From the NCBI GenBank assembly GCA_964187785.1, contig OZ076409.1, forward strand, positions 27,034,001 through 27,098,000: DNA of 64,000 bases. Direction: 5' to 3'. Of the stretch, positions 59,701 to 64,000 are shown one piece after another. Made by a program: the position numbers and the translations under genes. Within the stretch, counting starts at the first letter, position 1. The number at the start of each line of letters is the position of its first letter. The notes below the pieces were generated by a model, which ran no database searches, was not told the origin of the DNA, and saw only the letters and a list, made by a program, of their open reading frames with translations. The stretch comes from Amphiscolops sp. MND2022. Lineage: Eukaryota.

Positions 59701-62700
59701 AAACATCCTAAAAATCTACACAAACTGCATGAAACGTTCAACTTAGGTTTTTGTTAGATCAATTCTGTTCTTTACAAAAATATACTAGAAAACCATACGT
59801 TTCGATGTCAATTTCTAAAGTCGATCATTTGGAGGAACTCGCAAAAATCGAAGGTTCCGACACTTTTTGATTCAATTCGCGCAAACTGGGAACGGCCCAA
59901 ATTAGCGCCACGCTCAAAGTTCGAAAAAACAACGTCAAAGGGACACTATTTTGAGAATGTTATCAAAATTACAATGCCGGAAAATACCCGAAGGGTCACC
60001 CATGAGACTCAAAAACCTGTGTTCCCAAATGGAAACAAAAAATAAAAAAGTTTTTCAAATTTTTAACTTTTGAAGAAATGTTCGGAGAGAATTCTCGTAT
60101 TGCCAAAAAAGGAGCTTTGAGATCGTAAGACGCTTTTTTCAAGCAGAGACTATTTATGAAAATGAAAGGGTCTCTGAAAGTGAAGTGCTCTTTGACCAAA
60201 TGATTTTTTTTTCGGAAAAAGTCGTACAGTGCTGGAAAGAAATGGTAGGTCTTTTCACAAGTATTGAGAAAACTCTCATTAGTTCCATATGACCGAAACA
60301 TAAGTAAAGAGGTACTCCTTAGGACTTAAAGACCCGGAAAACGGTTTTTCTTTACAAAAAACATGAAAACAAAGCAAAAATAGTGTGGCCAAAAACTTTC
60401 GAAAAATATATTTTAAATTTTCTACGGTACTTTGCATCGTGCCGAAAATCCTAAGGTGGCCCTCCTATGCTTGCAAAACGTGTTTTGCTACAAATCTAAG
60501 AAGAGTCGGATAGTCACAAACACCCCAGAAGGGGACCATTTTGTCTATCCTCAACATTTACAAGCATAGAAAATATTTGGTTTAGTGTGGGTTTCGAACC
60601 AACGTAGTTCTGCTTCTCAGGCTCCATCACCAGGCCGGGAGATCCGTGGTAACCGCTAGACCGAAAGGGGTGCAAGTCAGTTACAATTGATAGAAACCTG
60701 ATAGAACTATGTTAGTTCGCTGGTCTTTAAAAAACCCTACTATAGTCGTTTTTTCTGATAAAAAGCATTGACTAAAAAAACTATCTGAAAGGTTAAATGT
60801 TTTTTGTTTTCAAATCTTTATACCAACAGAAACATCCTAAAAATCTACACAAACTGCATGAAACGTTCAAATTAGGTTTTTGTTAGATCAATTCTATGTT
60901 CTTTACAAAAATATACTAGACAACCATACGTTTCGATGTCAATTTCTAAAGTCGATCATTTGGAGGAACTCGCAAAAATCGAAGGTTCCGACACTTTTTG
61001 ATTCAATTCGCGCAAACTGGGAACGGCCCAAATTAGCGCCACGCTCAAAGTTCGAAAAAACAACGTCAAAGGGACACTATTTTGAGAATGTTATCAAAAT
61101 TACAATGACGGAAAATACCCGAAGGGTCACCCATGAGACTCAAAAACCTGTGTTCCCAAATGGAAACAAAAAATTAAAAATTTTTTCAAAATTTTTAACT
61201 TTTGAAGAAATGTTCGGAGAGAATTCTCGTATTGCCAAAAAAGGAGCTTTGAGATCGTAAGACGCTTTTTTCAAGCAGAGACTATTTATGAAAATGAAAG
61301 GGTCTCTGAAAGTGAAGTGCTCTTTGACCAAATGATTTTTTTTTCGGAAAAAGTCGTACAGTGCTGGAAAGAAATGGTAGGTCTTTTCACAAGTATTGAG
61401 AAAACTCTCATTAGTTCCATATGACCGAAACATAAGTAAAGAGGTATTCCTTAGGACCTAAAGACCCGGAAAACGGTTTTTCTTTACAAAAAACCTGAAA
61501 ACAAAGCAAAAATAGTGTGGCCAAAAACTTTCGAAAAATATATTTTAAATTTTCTACGGTACTTTGCATCATGCCGAAAATCTTAAGGTGGCCCTCCTAT
61601 GCTTGCAAAACGTGTTTTGTTACAAATCTAAGAAGAGTCGGAGAGTGACAAACACCCCAGAAGGGGACCATTTGGTCTATCCTCAACATTTACAAGCATA
61701 GAAAATATTTGGTTTAGTGTGGGTTTCGAACCAACGTAGTTCTGTTTCTCAGGCTCCATCACCAGGCCGGGAGATCCGTCGTCACCGCTAGGCCAAAAGG
61801 GGTGCAAGTCAGTTACAACTGATAGAAACCTAGAACTATGTTAGTTCGCTGGTCTTTAAAAACCCCTTCTACTGTCGTTTTTTCTGATAAAAAGCATTGA
61901 CTAAAAAAACTATCTGAAAGGTTAAATGTTTTTTGTTTTCAAATCTTTATACCAACAGAAACATCCTAAAAATCTACACAAACTGCATGAAACGTTCAAA
62001 TTAGGTTTTTGTTAGATCAATTCTGTTCTTTACAAAAATATACTAGAAAACCATACGTTTCGATGTCAATTTCTAAAGTCGATCATTTGGAGGAACTCGC
62101 AAAAATCGAAGGTTCCGACACTTTTTGATTCAATTCGCGCAAACTGGGAACGGCCCAAATTAGCGCCACGCTCAAAGTTCAAAAAACCAACGTCAAAGGG
62201 ACACTATTTTGAGAATGTTATCAAAATTACAATGCCGGAAAATACCCGAAGGGTCACCCATGAGACTCAAAAACCTGTTTTCCCAAATGGAAAAAAAATT
62301 AAATATTTTTCAAAATTTTTACTTTTTGAAGAAATGTTCGGAGAGAATTCTCGTATTGCCAAAAAGGAGCTTTGAGATCGTAAGACGCTTTTCTCAAGCA
62401 GAGACTATTTATGAAAATGAAAGGGTCTCTGAAAGTGAAGTGCTCTTTGACCAAATGATTTTTTTTCGGAAAAAGTCGTACAGTGCTGGAAAGAAATAGT
62501 AGGTCTTTTCACAAGTATTGAGAAAACTCTCATCAGTTACATATGGCCGAAACATAAGTAAAGAGGTACTCCTTAGGACTTAAAGACCCGGAAAACGGTT
62601 TTTCTTTACAAAAAACATGAAAACAAAGCAAAAATAGTGTGGCCAAAAACTTTCGAAAAATATATTTTAAATTTTCTACGGTACTTTGCATCGTGCCGAA

Positions 62701-64000
62701 AATCTTAAGGTGGCCCTCCTATGCTTGCAAAACGTGTTTTGCTACAAATCTAAGAAGAGTCGGATAGTGACAAACACCCCAGAAGGGGACCATTTGGTCT
62801 ATCCTCAACATTTACAAGCATAGAAAATATTTGGTTTAGTGTGGGTTTCGAACCAACGTAGTTCTGCTTCTCAGGCTCCATCACCAGGCCGGGAGATCCG
62901 TGGTAACCGCTAGACCAAAAGGGGTGCAAGTCAGTTACAACTGATAGAAACCTGATAGAACTATGTTAGTTCGCTGGTCTTTAAAAACTCCTACTATAGT
63001 CGTTTTTTTCTGATAAAAAGCATTGACTAAAAAAACTATCTGAAAGGTTAAATGTTTTTTGTTTTCAAATCTTTATACCAACAGAAACATCTTAAAACTC
63101 TACACAAACTGCATGAAACGTTCAAATTAGGTTTTTGTTAGATCAATTCTATGTTCTTTACAAAAATATACTAGAAAACCATACGTTTCGATGTCAATTT
63201 CTAAAGTCGATCATTTGGAGGAACTCGCAAAAATCGAAGGTTCCGACACTTTTTGATTCAATTCGCGCAAACTGGGATTGGCCCAAATTAGCGCCACGCT
63301 CAAAGTTCGAAAAACCAACGTCAAAGGGACACTATTTTGAGAATGTTATCAAAATTACAATGCCGGAAAATACCCGAAGGGTCACCCATGAGACTCAAAA
63401 ACCTGTTTTCCCAAATGGAAAAAAAATTAAATATTTTTCAAAATTTTTATCTTTTGAAGAAATGTTCGGAGAGAATTCTCGTATTGCCAAAAAAGGAGCT
63501 TTGAGATCGTAAGACGCTTTTTTCAAGCAGAGACTATTTATGAAAATGAAAGGGTCTATGAAAGTGAAGTGCTCTTTTACCAAATGATTTTTTTTTCGGA
63601 AAAAGTCGTACAGTGCTGGAAAGAAATGGTAGGTCTTTTCACAAGTATTGAGAAAACTCTCATCGGTTACATATGGCCGAAACATAAGTAAAGAGGTACT
63701 CCTTAGGACTTAAAGACCCGGAAAACGGTTTTTCTTTACAAAAAACATGAAAACAAAGCAAAAATAGTGTGGCCAAAAACTTTCGAAAAATATATTTTAA
63801 ATTTTCTACGGTACTTTGCATCGTGCCGAAAATCTTAAGGTGGCCCTCCTATGCTTGCAAAACGTGTTTTGCTACAAATCTAAGAAGAGTCGGATAGTGA
63901 CAAACACCCCAGAAGGGGACCATTTGGTCTATCCTCAACATTTACAAGCATAGAAAATATTTGGTTTAGTGTGGGTTTCGAACCAACGTAGTTCTGCTTC
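50767..64000. repeat. Tandem array (macrosatellite) of ~1125-bp units, 11 complete plus 1 partial, running off the window end
   Basis: GAAGGTTCCGACAC recurs at 50767, 51894, 53020, 54146, 55271, 56394, 57606, 58728, 59850, 60981, 62108 and 63236; units are nearly identical. Confidence 0.97.
51504..51577 (-). promoter_or_regulatory. Pol III-type A box and B box pair, repeated in every complete array unit
   Basis: Minus strand TGGTCTAGCGG or TGGCCTAGCGG (A box) and GGTTCGAAACC (B box), 52 nt apart. Confidence 0.5.

Noticed and set aside
50926..63685. Repeated 60-125 aa ORFs in the tandem array as a gene family
   Set aside because: Frames open and close with homopolymer length changes between units, mostly lack ATG starts and show no domain signal.
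50767..64000. CRISPR array, rDNA, 5S or histone cluster
   Set aside because: No repeat-spacer structure and no recognisable rRNA, 5S, snRNA or histone sequence; the context is eukaryotic.

Overview
Eukaryotic (metazoan-type), AT-rich, repeat-dense genomic DNA. The one recognisable host gene is the 3' part of a DCC/neogenin/frazzled/UNC-40-family netrin receptor on the + strand. It has 16 phase-consistent exons (1036..39414) encoding six FN3 domains, a transmembrane helix and a cytoplasmic tail ending in a P3-like motif; the Ig domains lie upstream of the window. Its introns hold a degenerate BEL/Pao LTR retrotransposon, several Helentron-associated (HINE/DINE-1-like) elements, a hAT-type MITE, SINE fragments and a long palindrome. 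They also hold the most unusual object here, a young 8.26-kb element (14819..23076). It has ~753-bp direct repeats, each with 13-bp terminal inverted repeats, and no gag-pol. It carries a tRNA-Arg-like PBS, one intact ORF with three AT-hooks, a diverged ~725-bp internal repeat, and reciprocal 3-bp flanks (AGC-R-TCA...TCA-R-AGC). Downstream of the gene are a tRNA-derived SINE and a degenerate Mag-like Ty3/Gypsy element. From 50767 to the window end runs a ~1125-bp tandem array (12 units visible) built from a decayed HINE copy that carries Pol III A/B boxes. All calls were made by eye; no database searches were run.
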